A stretch of 64,000 nt of DNA from the human T2T-CHM13v2.0 reference genome, Homo sapiens: NCBI RefSeq assembly GCF_009914755.1, contig NC_060930.1, one strand, 5' to 3'. Under the pieces are notes generated by a model, which worked only from the letters and a program-made list of their open reading frames with translations, ran no database searches and was not told the DNA's origin. The translations under genes were made by a program, and so were the position numbers. This document shows positions 16,021 to 31,961 of this stretch, in pieces (the stretch's first letter is position 1; every line of letters starts with the position of its first letter).

Positions 16021-16673
16021 AATTTCAGCTAAGATGCTAGGTAATCTTGTTTGATTTTTTATTATCTTACTCCCTTCTTGGAATATAAATTCCAGGAGGT
16101 TATGAAATTTATTCTTTTCACTTCAATACTCCAGCATCCCTGGCTCAATACTATCTACGCTTTAAATATTATTGAATGAATACATAAAATCACACAAAAT
16201 AGCTTAAAAGAGAGGGGGTTCTATTTTAAGCTCTCTGAATAAAAAATTTATGTTGTTGCATAAATTCTATATACTCTGGTTCTAGTAATGGTTTCTGAAG
16301 AGAAATCGGTAACCAGGATCGATTCTAAGTTCATAAAGACAGAATTACTCTTAATGGACTCAAAGGATGGTAACTGATCAATGCCATAAAGTTTTCTCAA
16401 AGCAGATCTCAGAATCTGCTCCAACACTTACATTTTAACCACTGTCGAATGGGAGTCAACATAGCACCTATGCATCTTATGAATACATCTATGAGGAAGG
16501 AGAATAACTCTTTCTCCATGACAACTGGATACCTGTCCAACTCCTAAAACTTCTGAAAATTCTATCACCCATAAACAAAGCACAAGGATCTCTCTCTACT
16601 TAACAGCATCACTACTAGTGGAAGAATTTTAACATGGACTGTGGTGATCCTGTACATACTAAAATCATGCTTA

Positions 16674-17066
<393 letters not shown>

Positions 17067-19385
17067 TCAGTTACTTCCTTTGGCTAACTCATCACAATGT
17101 ATTTTAAAAATAAAGTAAGTGACATTCTATTAAAAAACTTACCTTGCCAATTATGGCACGCCCACACAATAAAAAGTACAACCACTGTGCTAATTTGTTA
17201 CTAAATGGGATTATACATAGTGAAGTGTTTAGAACACTGCCTGGCCCATAGTTAGTGCTCAATAAATACTGTTTATCATTATTGCTATTATTTCACTGAA
17301 GATTGTAGAGTAAGCAAAATCAGCAAATATTTATTATGTGTTTTACACTTAGCACTGTGCCATGTGTTGGGATACAAAAAATTAGAGACCACAGTCATAT
17401 TCTTTGGAAGCTTAAAATACACACCAGAGATACAAACCAGAGATAGAAAGTCTAAATAGATAAAAATTCAGTAGTGTATAGAACAGCAGTAGAATGTGAA
17501 CTAAAATGTGATAGTTATGCAAGATATAGTATATAGTGAAAGGATGATAAATTTCTAAAAGGAGATTTTCTAGGAAGCCTTTAAAACAGAAGGACTGGCA
17601 CTAATTGTGATACAGTGCTAGGAGTATAAAGAACAACAGGGCAGTAAATGTATAGCCTGAACTAGGATAATGGCAGAGGCAGCCAATACAATGGCATAGA
17701 CTCTTACCTGAAATAAGAGTCTGCTAGATTTCTGACTAAATGGATTCAGGGTTAGAGTATGTCAACTTCTACCTACCTACTGGGCTAGTTGATAGTAGAT
17801 AGTTGAAGCTCCAGTTAGAGAACTAGGCTGAGTCCAGACTGACCACTGGGTAGCTACAAGTGGCCCAATATGCCAGGATGGAGACCAGTCAGTGGACAGT
17901 ATTGGGCCAGCCAAGGAAGGGAGAATGTTTTATTCTGCAAAAGATCTAATAGCTAAGCTACTAGTCAGAAAGAACCTAGGGTCTCTAGCAGAAGCATCAA
18001 AAATGACGGAAATAAATAATGTCTTGGGGCCAAAAAAACCCAAACATTTGGTGCAATTAATTGGGACACAGAAATTACCAGGATGAGTCAGTTTTGGAGT
18101 GAAAGAAAATGAACAATTTAGTTGTACAGAAGTAGAGTTTCGGGAAACAGGCAGGCATCTACTGCCTTCCGAGTAGCTGGAAATGTGGAATCAATATTTA
18201 AAAAGGAGAGTGAACCTGTGAGAACAAATGAGATTCTCCACCCCACCCTTGGAAAACAAAAAATAAAAGCTTAGAAGAGAGAGAGTGAAAAACATGCAGA
18301 AGTCAAGAGAGAGAGTTTGAGGGGATAGAATCAGATGGAATAGGGTGGTTAGAGACTTTTCTACGTATAAAGCGTTTAAGGAAGAAAAATAAAGCTTTCA
18401 GAGTACAAGTGCCCAACGACAGAATAATCTCATACATGAAGAATTATGCCTGATTTTGTGAAAAACTGAAGGATAATGCAGAAAAAGCAGGCCACATGAC
18501 ATAATCCTACTATAAAAGCATCAAAGCATGACTCAGAGATTTAACCCACAGAAAGTTATTAATAAGTCCTTCCTGTTTGCAAAATAGTACAAATATGCCA
18601 TAACACCAAGAACAAAATAATCAGACCTTTATTCTCCCTCTCTCTACCTTGCTTTTTAAAATACGTGGATTAAAACAATCTTTAATGATTTCAATGTTAT
18701 TTTCAACCTACATCCAACAGTAAATAACCAGTCTCCCTGGCTATTCATTTTAAACTTTACTTTGCCAGCATTTGTGGAATGGTGTCCGATTTTTTTTAAC
18801 TTGAAAACTTTAAAGTTTGAAAGTTGGTAAGAGTTGACATTACCAACTATTTTTTTTTTGTTTTCAAATTAAGCACAGTCCAAAGATTTCCTTAATATTA
18901 AGTGTCTGCTTTTAAACTTTTTTTCTTTTAAAAAAAATTTCCACTGCTGTTATAGCTTCTATAAAGCACAGTTCATAGACAGTTGATCAGGTGTGCCCTT
19001 TGATTTTTTTTGGTACTGAAGATTTTTTAGAAATCATCCTCACGTACTCTAAGGCACAGCTGAAATTAGATTTTTAAACGGCTCTTTTACAACTGTATAT
19101 AATATATGCATGTATATTTGCATATATGCTCACTCCTGTATTTATGAAGATTGAAGGGAGCCTCTCAAGACTTAGTTCTAACTATGATGGTTTAAATGGA
19201 AAAAAAAAATAGGCAAAAAGGCACTGCTCTGAAATGTAAAGAAAATAAAATTAATGCAAAGAAAAAAATTAGAATGGATATATTTTCCTTAAAATTATGA
19301 CTCTGACAATTGAAAAAAGAAATGAGATTGAATTTTTAAAAATTATGATATTTAACATGGCAGGGGTAAGAATAAAGAGAAAAAT

Positions 19386-19540
19386 GCCAGGTGTGGTGAC
19401 GTGAGTCTGTAATGCCAGCTACTAAAGAGGCTGAGGAGGATCACTGGAGCCAAGGAGGTCGAGGCTGTAGCGCACCGTGATCACACCTGTGAACAGCTAT
19501 TGCAGTCCAGCCTGGGCAACATAACAAGATCCCATTTCAG
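19386..19540 (+). mobile_element. Old Alu monomer (FAM/FRAM-like)
   Basis: Single diverged Alu arm. Confidence 0.75.
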
Positions 19541-21766
19541 AGAAAGAGAGAGAGAAGAGAGAAACTATGTATATCATATATTGGCTCACCAAAAAAGTTA
19601 AGCTGTAATAATAGAATAATACAATCATCTAGATATAATATATGTAACATATAATCATATAATAATCTGAAAAGCATGTTGGGTCTCTCAGCAAATGTCT
19701 TTTTTCCACCTGTTCTTGCACATTGCTGTATAATGCCTGCTCTTCTATCCCTTTGAAAGGCTCCTTTCATCCTTTAGTTGGGAACTTGGGTGGCACCTGG
19801 CAAAGCCAGGCTGGTTTAGGCACCTCTACAGGCTCTCAATGCCCCTGGCGCATACCCACTCACAGTGGATGCATTGCACTGTGACATTAATAGTTGCTAC
19901 TTGTTTATCTGCCTTTCACTAGACTACACCTAGCCCTAGAGGGCTGGGTGTCAACCTTTATTCATCTTTTTGTCATCTTTTAAATACAATATATGGCACA
20001 TACAGTGTTTGAATATATAAACTAATGAGTCATGTCCTGTGTTATCAATATGAATTGAAATATGGCATTACATGTTAAGAAAAAATCTAGTCACTCAATA
20101 TACAAAGGTAAGCAACTTTTAGGGAGAACTGCAAGCTCAAAGCTGTAAGTCTTACACCTTTATAGTATAAGTAAAGTCATTTTTGTTTCACCAGCAGCAT
20201 ATTCGTGCTTTCCACAAAAAACTAATGCTTTGTTTTGTTAAGATAAAGAAACCCAAATGGAAAGGTGTGAGTTAAGTATGGAAAAGCTAATTCACAATGT
20301 GATTTAAACCATAAAGGAATGCTCTCCCGACCTATGGAACTCCTTCTATTCAAGCAGATATGAATCCACGCTATAACTAAAGAGATCTACAAGTGTGAGA
20401 CCTGATGGGGTAGAGGGGGAAAAGGACATACGCATGGACTTGAAAACAGAGTGTAAATAACAGCCACCCTAAAACAGTAGTCAGTTTCTTATTTTTACTC
20501 ATCTTCCAGTTTCAGCAGCTCTGCCTTCATCCTCTCTCAGTTCTGGTTTGCTTGTCAAAGCAACCTTAGTAGGGAGCAATGAGCATATTCACAGGAGGAA
20601 GGGAGAGCCCTGGTGACCACAGACAGCCTGCTCCCCAAGAACCTACCTGCCTGCAGGGAACCCATCAGGCCAGGGAGGAAACTCTAGGCACAGAAAAACA
20701 GCAGAGCATGTTCACTTCCAGTAAGCAAATGAAATCTATGCCTAAAAAACCTCAGAAGCAAAAGAAATGACCTCATATGGCCATTATGGCAAGGGACAGA
20801 AACAAGTCTGAGTTGAAAGAATGTAAACAATAGCAAAAGACTTTTGAAAACCAGCTTCCACTACATTTCACAAATTTGGGCTTTGGAATAAGAATAATAA
20901 AGGGATGAGATATAGGGGCAGAGTCCCCAGTTGAAACATTAACTCTTACAAAATGCAGAACAACTTTAAGAAGTTACAGGTCATCTCCTGGGAAAATTTT
21001 GATACCCTGTCAGTCTAGTTTCAGAATACCCAGGCACTCTGTACACGCACATGCTGACCAGGCATTTAATCTTTTCCAAGGTACATCATTCAGGTATATT
21101 TCAAGAGAGTATCCTGTTTTAGCAAGTTTACATAAATGGACATCAAAGTAAAGGAGGGGTTGGCACCTGCTTCCTTGCCCAATGTTTTAGAAGACAATGA
21201 CTGTACAATCTCTAAGTGCTCTAGTCTCAGCTTCTGCTAAGATAGTCCTGTGATCCAGGTTCCAGTGATTATATGACAAATATTGCAGTTGCTAACGTCA
21301 CAAGGGCCTTGGGTAATAAGAGAAAAATCAGACACCTCAGCACATGCTTTTCCTGGCAGCAGCCTGGTAGCACCTGTCTATAAGTTCAATGGCAGCATTA
21401 TTTTAACAGAGAAGTCAGTTAAGTGCCCTGACAGTGTATAATCTCATAACTTTTCATGTAAAAAAGAACAATATGTTTACTGTCCTCGCATTTTCTCAGT
21501 AGTAAAATGTAAGCTGTACCATCACTCTACTCATATATACTTTCCCTCCAGTGCCACATTAAACTGTGACTGCAAAAAAGGATGACCTTAATCCTGAGGC
21601 TAGAGTTTATTGTCACTTAAAACTTATCCCTATGTTTATATTTTATCATCACATACTAAATTCTGCCTCATAGTCCATCTGTAAAATTCATAAAGGTATG
21701 CAAAAGACCACGGTATTATAGTGACATCCATTCAAATCAGGGCCATGGACACGGGGCCTGGGGTAC

Positions 21767-21844
21767 CTAGCTGTTTCTCCCGTTCCTCACGTCGCTCCCG
21801 GGCCAGCCGCTGCCGGTCATCAACACGTAACACAGGCGGAGGGT
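21767..21844 (-). CDS. MAP7: MAP7 coding exon 3 (78 bp, phase 1-1): (D)PPPVLRVDDRQRLARERREEREKQL(A), start of the microtubule-binding helix
   Basis: Acceptor TTTTTTTTAATCTCGCTTTCAG|ACCCTCCG and donor CAGCTAG|GTACCC. In frame with exon 2 and locally CpG-rich. Too short for the ORF track. Confidence 0.96.
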   Translation of the reverse strand, partial: TLRLCYVLMTGSGWPGSDVRNGRNS

Positions 21845-22429
21845 CTGAAAGCGAGATTAAAAAAAACATGAGATGAAGAGTGGATTAAAAAAAAAAAGAA
21901 AAAGAAAAAACACACATTGATAAATATCCAGTAAATCTGAAGAATAATATATTGCTGCACTTTACAACAATAAGTACATGTGACTAGAGTTACAGTGATC
22001 TACTCAATTATTAGAAGTTTTCTAAGGATTTCTAAGCATTTTTCTTCTATTTGAAAACATGTAAAATCATGACGTAACTATAGCCTTTTGGCTATTTTCA
22101 TCAAACAATATAAATGATGTTTTGTGTTCCTAAGCTACCAAACTTCTATTATTTTTATGCTTTAAAAAGTCTGTTCCTTAATGACCAACAAAATCCTTAA
22201 GTAGCTTTATACTGCACAAATGTTTGAGAGTTAGAGGTGAAGTGCTCGAGTCAAACAGACACGCATTCAGTTTCTGCCCCGTCACTCGCCGGCCAAGGTA
22301 CTTACCCACCTCTGTAAGTCTCAAGCTATGAGGTGTACTTTGATTTATTACCTGTAAAATGAGGATACAATAGAACCTATCTCTCATTATTATAATGACT
22401 GTTAGTAGAGTGTGTAGTGTGTATGTCCC

Positions 22430-22930
22430 AGTAAATCACTGAACATCTACTGTGTGCTAGGCACTGTTCTGTATACTGAAAAGACAGCAGTCACCAAAAA
22501 AAGACAAAAACCTGAGATTTCATGGGATTTACATTCTACTTGGGAAAAAATCTGACAAACAAGACAAATAAGTACTATACATAGAATGAAAGAAGGAGAA
22601 AAATACAGAGAATATAGGTTAAGGAGACAACAAGGAAATGAAGGGGATTATGACATGTCAGGAAAAGGATGTTTAAATTTTTAGATGGAGCCCAAGGAAG
22701 GCCTCACTGTGATAATGATGTTCCATAGAAAGTAAGTGCAAAGGCCCTGAGGTTGCAAGTACCCAATGTGTTCCAGAAACAATAGGGAGATCTGAGGGAC
22801 TGGAACAGAGTGAGATGAGTAAGCGACGGGGCTCATGGTTAAGGTGAGGACTTTGCATTATACTCTGAGTGAGACATGGGTGGAGAAGAGGGGTTCTGCA
22901 GCAGAGGGCTAGGTTTACAGGCTCACTCTG
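22430..22930 (-). mobile_element. L2 LINE fragment
   Basis: actgaacatctactgtgtgctaggcactgttct; gtgcaaaggccctgaggt. Confidence 0.75.
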
Positions 22931-23025
22931 CTGCCGAATTAAAACAAAATAATAAAAATGAGCATAATAATCACACTTAAAAGGTTTTTCTCTTTACTAA
23001 ATTGACAGTAGAATTGACGTTGACA

Positions 23026-23695
<670 letters not shown>

Positions 23696-23758
23696 AATAC
23701 AGTAGAGACAAATAGCAGTGCTTTGGCAACAAATGTAAAGGCCTGCATCCCAAATGTC

Positions 23759-23975
23759 TTTTTTTTATTTTTTACTTTTGAGACAGAGTCTCGTGTCATC
23801 CAGGCAGGAGTGCTGTGGCACGATCATGGCTTACTGCAGCCTTGACCTCCTGGGTTCAAGTGAATCCTCCCACCTCAGTCTCCTGAGTAGCTGAAACCAC
23901 AGGTGGCACAACCACACCCAGCTAATTTTTGTATTTTTTGTAGAGACAGGATTTTGCTATGTTGCCCAGGCTGCC
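23759..23975 (-). mobile_element. 5'-truncated AluJ
   Basis: Right arm plus part of the left arm. Confidence 0.85.
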
Positions 23976-24114
23976 ATATGTCTCTTGAACTTTACAGAAT
24001 TTGTACATTTAAAGAAAATAAAAACAGTAAAGACGCCCCTTAGGAGCCTGCATAAACCAGGCAGTGTGGATGATGAACAAGACTAGGGGATGGTTCTTAA
24101 AAATTGGTTAAATG

Positions 24115-24503
<389 letters not shown>

Positions 24504-24811
24504 TCATTTATGTACTTCCACATATTTTTTATGTAGGAAAATATGGCTCCTGGCCCTAAAAGGTTTAATTTGGAAACAAGAAAATGGAAGTGGACATGAC
24601 GACCCTCTCAGGCAATTTATTAAGGGCTATCCACAGGAAGTTCTTGCTATCATTTGTTTTGCTGAAAGAAAATGGTGGCCGTAGTAAAATGGCATTTTAA
24701 AGAAAGAACTCGGGATAAAAGTCAAGATGAAGTTAAAAGAAAGACCTTTAACAATTACTTATCACTTTAATACTCCTTAAATAATATGAGGTTTACTCAC
24801 TCATGAAAAAC

Positions 24812-25410
<599 letters not shown>

Positions 25411-26675
25411 TCATAAAAACTTTTATTTAATTATAAAAGTTGAAAATCAACTTTGTAAAAGCCATATGAGCACATTATGGAAAGTCTGTAAAATAGACAG
25501 TTTAATTACTTTTAAAATTCCACTGACAAATTCTGTTAGACAATATTTCAATTAAGTATGTGCCATGTCTAGCTTACTTTCAAGTACATGCCAAATTTCA
25601 TACAAAATTTTGAAAAGAAGGCTTTAATAACACATGGGACACATGCCACTCCTGACAACCCACACCAACCCTGACAGCCCCAAGTCATAGTAATAACCAG
25701 TGCTCCTGCAGTAATGAGGCAATGCCCGATTGTGCAACGTAATGCTTCCCCCTGTGAAGTGCCTTTTGAATGTATATTCTGAAAATAGTTGAAGAAGTGC
25801 TAGTTTTTCTCTGATTTCTATGCTATCATTTCATATGAAAATTATACTCTTCGCATGTAACAAACTGCGTCCTGTTTGGTAAGATAATATGTAAAAAACC
25901 AAACTTTTATACAATTAAAAATAAGGCTGTAAATAAGGCCAATGCTTAGGACTGCAGTAGTTCCTGGCTGTCCATCAACATTAGTGCTGAAATAATTACT
26001 ATCTCTCTGGAAACAGATTTGAGGAAGTAAAGAAATGTAACATTTTTGAAGCTCAAGATGCATAGTGGTTGTGATACACTAGATGATTTTGCTTGATTTG
26101 GAAACCTGGCGTTAGAAAATATTGAATTGTAGAGTGAAAAAGTTATTTAGTGTAGGTTGTTTCTATCCCTCTGTTCCCATTAATATGAAAGTCTCTTGGG
26201 TGCTAGAATGTCATTAACACCTGTGGCAGGTTAAAGATGGCTGTGCATGGGGCTGGGGAGGAACAGAGACTTGTCTGTTTTCTTCCCTGCTGCATTCTCA
26301 ATTCCTCGGGCTGTATGTGGTAGAAAAGGATATTCAATAAGTATTTGTTGAATGAATGAATGAACAAACAACGAACAACCTTAGCTAACCCTCAGAGCCT
26401 TTAAACTTTTATTAAGATGCACCAATGGGGAAAACTAAGAACAATCTTGTACCTGATAACAGAGTAAACTATTTAAATGCTAGAAGTTTAAATTTTAGTT
26501 TTAATAACTAAAAACTGATAAAAATTTATCTTTAAAGGTAGGTTTTCAAAAAAATACAATTAAATAATTCCAGTAAATAGTGAATTTCCTATAATTCATT
26601 GCCTTCTTTCTCGTTTCCACCCCCACTTATTTTCCCCTGAAACAAAAGTTAGCTATAGAAAATACTTTAAAATTA

Positions 26676-27296
<621 letters not shown>

Positions 27297-28369
27297 ATGT
27301 ATATTCCACATTGTTTCCCAATGGATCTAATATGGTTAGAATAAAATTAAGTTACTGATTCTCACAAGGAAAAAGGGTTTAAGAGGAATAGAACTTAGGC
27401 TTAATTAAGATTGCAGTTGCACTCCACATTCAACCTCCTACCTATGATGTTTCAAGTGTGGGGTGACATCTAACCTGGGGCATTGTTAAGGGTGAAAGGG
27501 AGTGCCATTAAAATTCTCTGTTTGATAACATGCATAAACCTGGATTGCCTTACACACATCTGAGAGTACGGTCATGCTACTACAGAGCTCTCAAAGTTGA
27601 CAAGGCTTTTTCAAGAACTCACTAGGCCTTGACTCATATGTAACAACTACTGTTTCTACAGTAAATACTTCTGTATTTCTGTCAGCAATTTGTACTTTAT
27701 GAAGCACTTTCACATATTATCACTTTATTCTTCCCAATAACACTAGGAGTTAGCCAAGCATTTATTTATTCAATGAAGAGTTATTATGCCTCTTTTTCAA
27801 ATGAAAAAACTCAGAGAAATAGATATGACTAATGAAGACAGCACGGATATGTGTCAGAGTGAGGGCATAAAACCCGATTTCTAACTCAGTCCTGTGCCCA
27901 TCCACGCACCATGGCAGCTACAGTCATTACAATTGCACCGTGTGGCATCAGAGAAGGGCTGGAAGCTCCTAAGTCACACACTCCTCTATGAGGGCAAATT
28001 ACTTATAAACAGTAAGGCAGAATAAAGTTTCAGTGGCTCTTTTAAAGACTTGTGTTGGGGGGCAGCAAAGGGATAGGAATTCAGAAGGATTTTTAATGAA
28101 TTTGGGTATCTGCTTTTCTCAGGTCCATGAAAACACGCAGTTTTCTAAGGAAGTCAAACTATTAATCATTTGAAGGCAGCTGGAGTTCTGAAGAACCATC
28201 TCCCACTTCTTCAGGAACTAGCAGACGTGGACAGATGTGTAACTTTACAAACTGTCTGTTTTGGTCTGGGTTCAAGTATTCACATTTGAGAGCAATGGTC
28301 GTTCCAGGATAACACAGAACATAGTGTGCTCATAGTTCTAAAACACCACGAGGGACTTCTGTAATGTGG

Positions 28370-28677
28370 TTTGTTTGTTTGTTTGTTTGTTTTTTGAGAC
28401 AGAGTCTCGCTCTGTTGCCCAGGCTAGAGTATAGTGGCGGATCTTGGCTCACTGCAACCTCTGCCTCCTGGCTTCAAGTGATTCTCCTGCCTCAGCCTCC
28501 TGAGTAGCTGGGGTTATGGGCGCGCACTACCATGCCTGGCTAATTTTTGTATTTTTATTACAGACAGGGTTTCACCATGTTGGCCAGGTTGGTCTCGAAC
28601 TCCTGGCCTCAGGAGATCCACCCGCTTTGGCCTCCCAAATTGCTGGGATTACAGGCGTGAGCCACCGGCGCCTGGCC
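28370..28677 (-). mobile_element. AluS
   Basis: Dimer with (TTTG)n tail. Confidence 0.92.
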
Positions 28678-29571
28678 AGCCATAATGTGTTTTAAATATA
28701 AAAGTCACAACTTGAATGTGGATAAATGTGTTCTACATCAAAGAGATGTTCTGGAGCCTTCTAATGAGTTTAAGTATCAGAAGGTAAAAGAGGAAAGAAC
28801 ATTTAGCTAAAACTTACTAGATTAAAAGGGATTCTCAGAAATCATTCAGTCAGGATGCCCATACCTGGTTAGGACAATACCTAAAATATCCCAAAATATA
28901 TAATGAACTTTTTTTTTTCAAGTTCTAGAAAATGAAAATTAACAAAATGCTTTAGACAGACATTCCTATGACCCGTATCCCACAAAAATTAAAAGGTGTT
29001 ACTCAAGGCCAGCCCTCCAACACATAACTCATATTGTCCTTTGAGGAGACTCAGGAAAATAATGACATGGTGGTTACTAAATCAAGAGCCTTTTATATAG
29101 CTTGGCTTATCTGTATATACAAGAAAACAGACACAGGGATGCTCAAAAAGACACAATCAGAAGTGAAATGTCTCCCTATTTAACTTGACTTTAGCAATAT
29201 AAATCAAATGACTATATATAAGGAGATGGCCAATAAGGGTGGAAGAGATTTTTCTGGCTTCTGATCTCTATACACTGTGTGCAATCTCTCGTCACACTGG
29301 TGGTTCTGTGTTAGAATGACCTATTCATATATTGGTTTATCCATCATACTGTCAACTGGAAGGTAGAGATTATGTCTTTTAATAATATATTCCTAGTACT
29401 TTAATGATGCTAACACTAGATGAATAAATGAGTTATCAGGATATAAAAGTATAAACTGCACAGTAAAAGAATGGTAGAAATTAGAAGCAGTGGTGGATGG
29501 GGAGAACCAGAGAAATACAGCACCAACAACTAAGCTATGTTAAATTCTCATTGTATTACAAATGTGATTTT

Positions 29572-30587
29572 ATTTTATTTTTTTGAAACACATTTATTCA
29601 TCTTTTTAATCCTCGTGGCTCAGCACAGGGCCTGACACACAGTAGGCACTCAACAAATATTTGATTTCCAAAGCATGACCATTCATGCATCCATAATCCT
29701 CTTTTTATAGTATAAAGAAGGCTGATATTCAGGCCCCCATGTGTACCTTAAGTAATATATATTTCCCAATAAGCTCTTATTTTTAAAGGTGAGAAACAGT
29801 TCTAGGGTTCAATTTCAAAATCAAGATGACATTCAGGTGAGTGTATCACATGTCATTAAAAGATGAATAACAAAGCATATTTGCCTGCGCACCACTGCCT
29901 TTTCCCTTTCCTTCATTTTCTCTGTTCATAGGAAAGCAAAAGTTTTATTAAAGTTTTCACCATCTGTAAGAGCCCTGGACAATTTTTGATCCTGTAAGGG
30001 CTTTTTACTTCAGTTTTTGTCACATATTAAAGCTGTGTGTCAAGACTGAGGATTATCCACTATCTTCTCTTCTATCTCTATGTATTTTTCTATTTCTTCC
30101 TCTGATAGCTATAACTTGGTTTCTGAGTGTCTGGTTACAATAACTGCAAAGGACTGTTGTGACTCAAGGATATTAGCCACCACCACTTGATGCTGATAAA
30201 CTTCCAAAGCCTTCTGAACTCGATTAATTACAATGGAGGGGTCAGTCTCCAACTTAAAGGAAATTATAAATGCTTTGGGAGCACAATCTTTAATCAAAGA
30301 AGAAAGTATTTTTGGCACCATCTTCATTGTTATCTGCAGTGGGCCCCCAGATGACTGGATCTTGTGTTCAGGCATTTCAGAGCCAGGAACACAGAAATCT
30401 GACAGGGCCGCGCCAGGTAAAACATCGCAGAAGAGCCGGCCATGCTTCCAGAGGGACCTTGGTGCTGCCTGACGTGACCAACACCACCCGCTTGCCCTGC
30501 GTGCCCAGCCCGGCCGCGAAGTGGGCCATAACCTCAGTGCAGCACCAGGAGGCCAGGGGAACTCAGCTACCAGGTCCACTTCTGCCA
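29572..30587 (-). pseudogene. Processed pseudogene of PPCS (phosphopantothenate-cysteine ligase)
   Basis: PPCS-like peptides in different frames (AEVDLVAEFP.PPGAA; RVVLVTSGSTKVPLEA; SEMPEHKIQSSGGPLQITMKMVPK; FIISFKLETDP; HQVVVANILES). It is intronless and frameshifted, with stops at 30109-30111 and 30040-30042. AATAAA lies at 29593-29598, followed by a poly(A) remnant. The 14-bp TSD ACAAATGTGATTTT is at 29558-29571 and 30588-30601. Confidence 0.95.
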
Positions 30588-31862
30588 ACAAATGTGATTT
30601 TCATGCTAAAGAATTTCTACTTCCATAGAGACACACTTGAATACAAAAATAAAGGTCCACTAGAATAAGCTGCGTGGGGACAGGGTTCATGTTGTTTGCT
30701 CATACAGTACATCTTTCATGCTTCTTCGGCATAGAAGAACTCAGTAAACATTAGATGGTAGCTGGAAGGTGGATGGCTAGATGGATGGATAAATGACTCA
30801 ATGAAAAGGCAGGTTGACTGACTAAGGAAATCTCTGCTTGGTAATTAAAACTCCTCTGAGACTGCACATCATTTTCCACTAATGGCAGCTTAAGCAGTAT
30901 TTTCAACAATACTTGTTATTGTCTTTCCTCTAAATGACAAACCAGATTTATCTGTTGTGTTCAAGACCTTTTCCACATGAAAAAAAAAAATTCACAAAAC
31001 TAAACACACTAGAATGTTCTCTATAAGGTTAGACTCAGTTATTTCCATCTTTATTCTCACTGATTCACTGTGTCACTGTGCTTGAGTGACTTCAGTCCTG
31101 GATGCAGCATGAAGTAGGTTTCCAAGAACCTCATGGGGTATTCGGCTTGCTTTCCTTTCCTTTGATTGTCTCCTGTTATCATACTGTACATTCATTCCTC
31201 CCACAGGCCACGCAATGGTTATTGGATAACTGGAAGCAACTGCACTGTCGGTTCAATTGTTTGTATTATATTTACAGACTGTTTGCTTCTTTGTATCACT
31301 GAATGAAAGAGACTATGAATCAGAGGTTATTAAATGAAATTACTCTGTAGGCATATAATCATTGCAAGGAATAGGAAACAAAACCATAATTCTATACAAG
31401 CTTTGCTATGTGTAAAGATTTCTTGAAATAGTTTTTGAAAAAGTCACAAAAGAGATACGCAATAATGCTTGTTGGACATACAGGTATAAAAAATTGTGTC
31501 CTATCATTTGAAACAGAATAGTAAAATTATTACCCCTTTAAGCTGCTTGACATTAAATGAGTGCATCCACATACACCATCTCATTGATTGTCAAAATGAC
31601 TCTGAGAGGTAAGCAGGTCGTGTGTTTGAATCTACATTTTAAAGAGAGAAAACCAAGGCTTGGCTTTGAGAGGTTCTCTGACTTAATATCATACAATCCA
31701 GTAGGAGTGTGTGTTTGGTGGCAGGACTGAAACCAAGCTCTCCTAAATTCGAGTTTTCTGGAAACTAGAATTTAAACAAATTAAACCTTTATAATCATCA
31801 GCATGCCTTTAGGGCATAAAAGATAACCTTTATTTTCCCACAGTTAATGCAATGCATCATAC

Positions 31863-31961
31863 CTGGTTTATTTCCTGAGTGGTTGTTATTTTGTCCTGAA
31901 ATTGCAGAGGCAGGGCGGCTGGAGGCATTTTTCTTATCTTGCACTTTGTAGCTGTCGGGTG
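31863..31961 (-). CDS. MAP7: MAP7 coding exon 2 (99 bp, phase 1-1): (A)PDSYKVQDKKNASSRPASAISGQNNNHSGNKP
   Basis: Minus strand acceptor TCTCATTTCTGTAG|CACCCGAC and donor AAACCAG|GTATGA. The peptide matches the recalled ensconsin sequence. Confidence 0.96.

Noticed and set aside
30109-30591. 160-aa PPCS-like ORF as a functional retrogene
   Set aside because: It has a TTG start that lies in the TSD and an out-of-frame middle created by compensating frameshifts. It lacks ~120 residues and stops before the native C-terminus.
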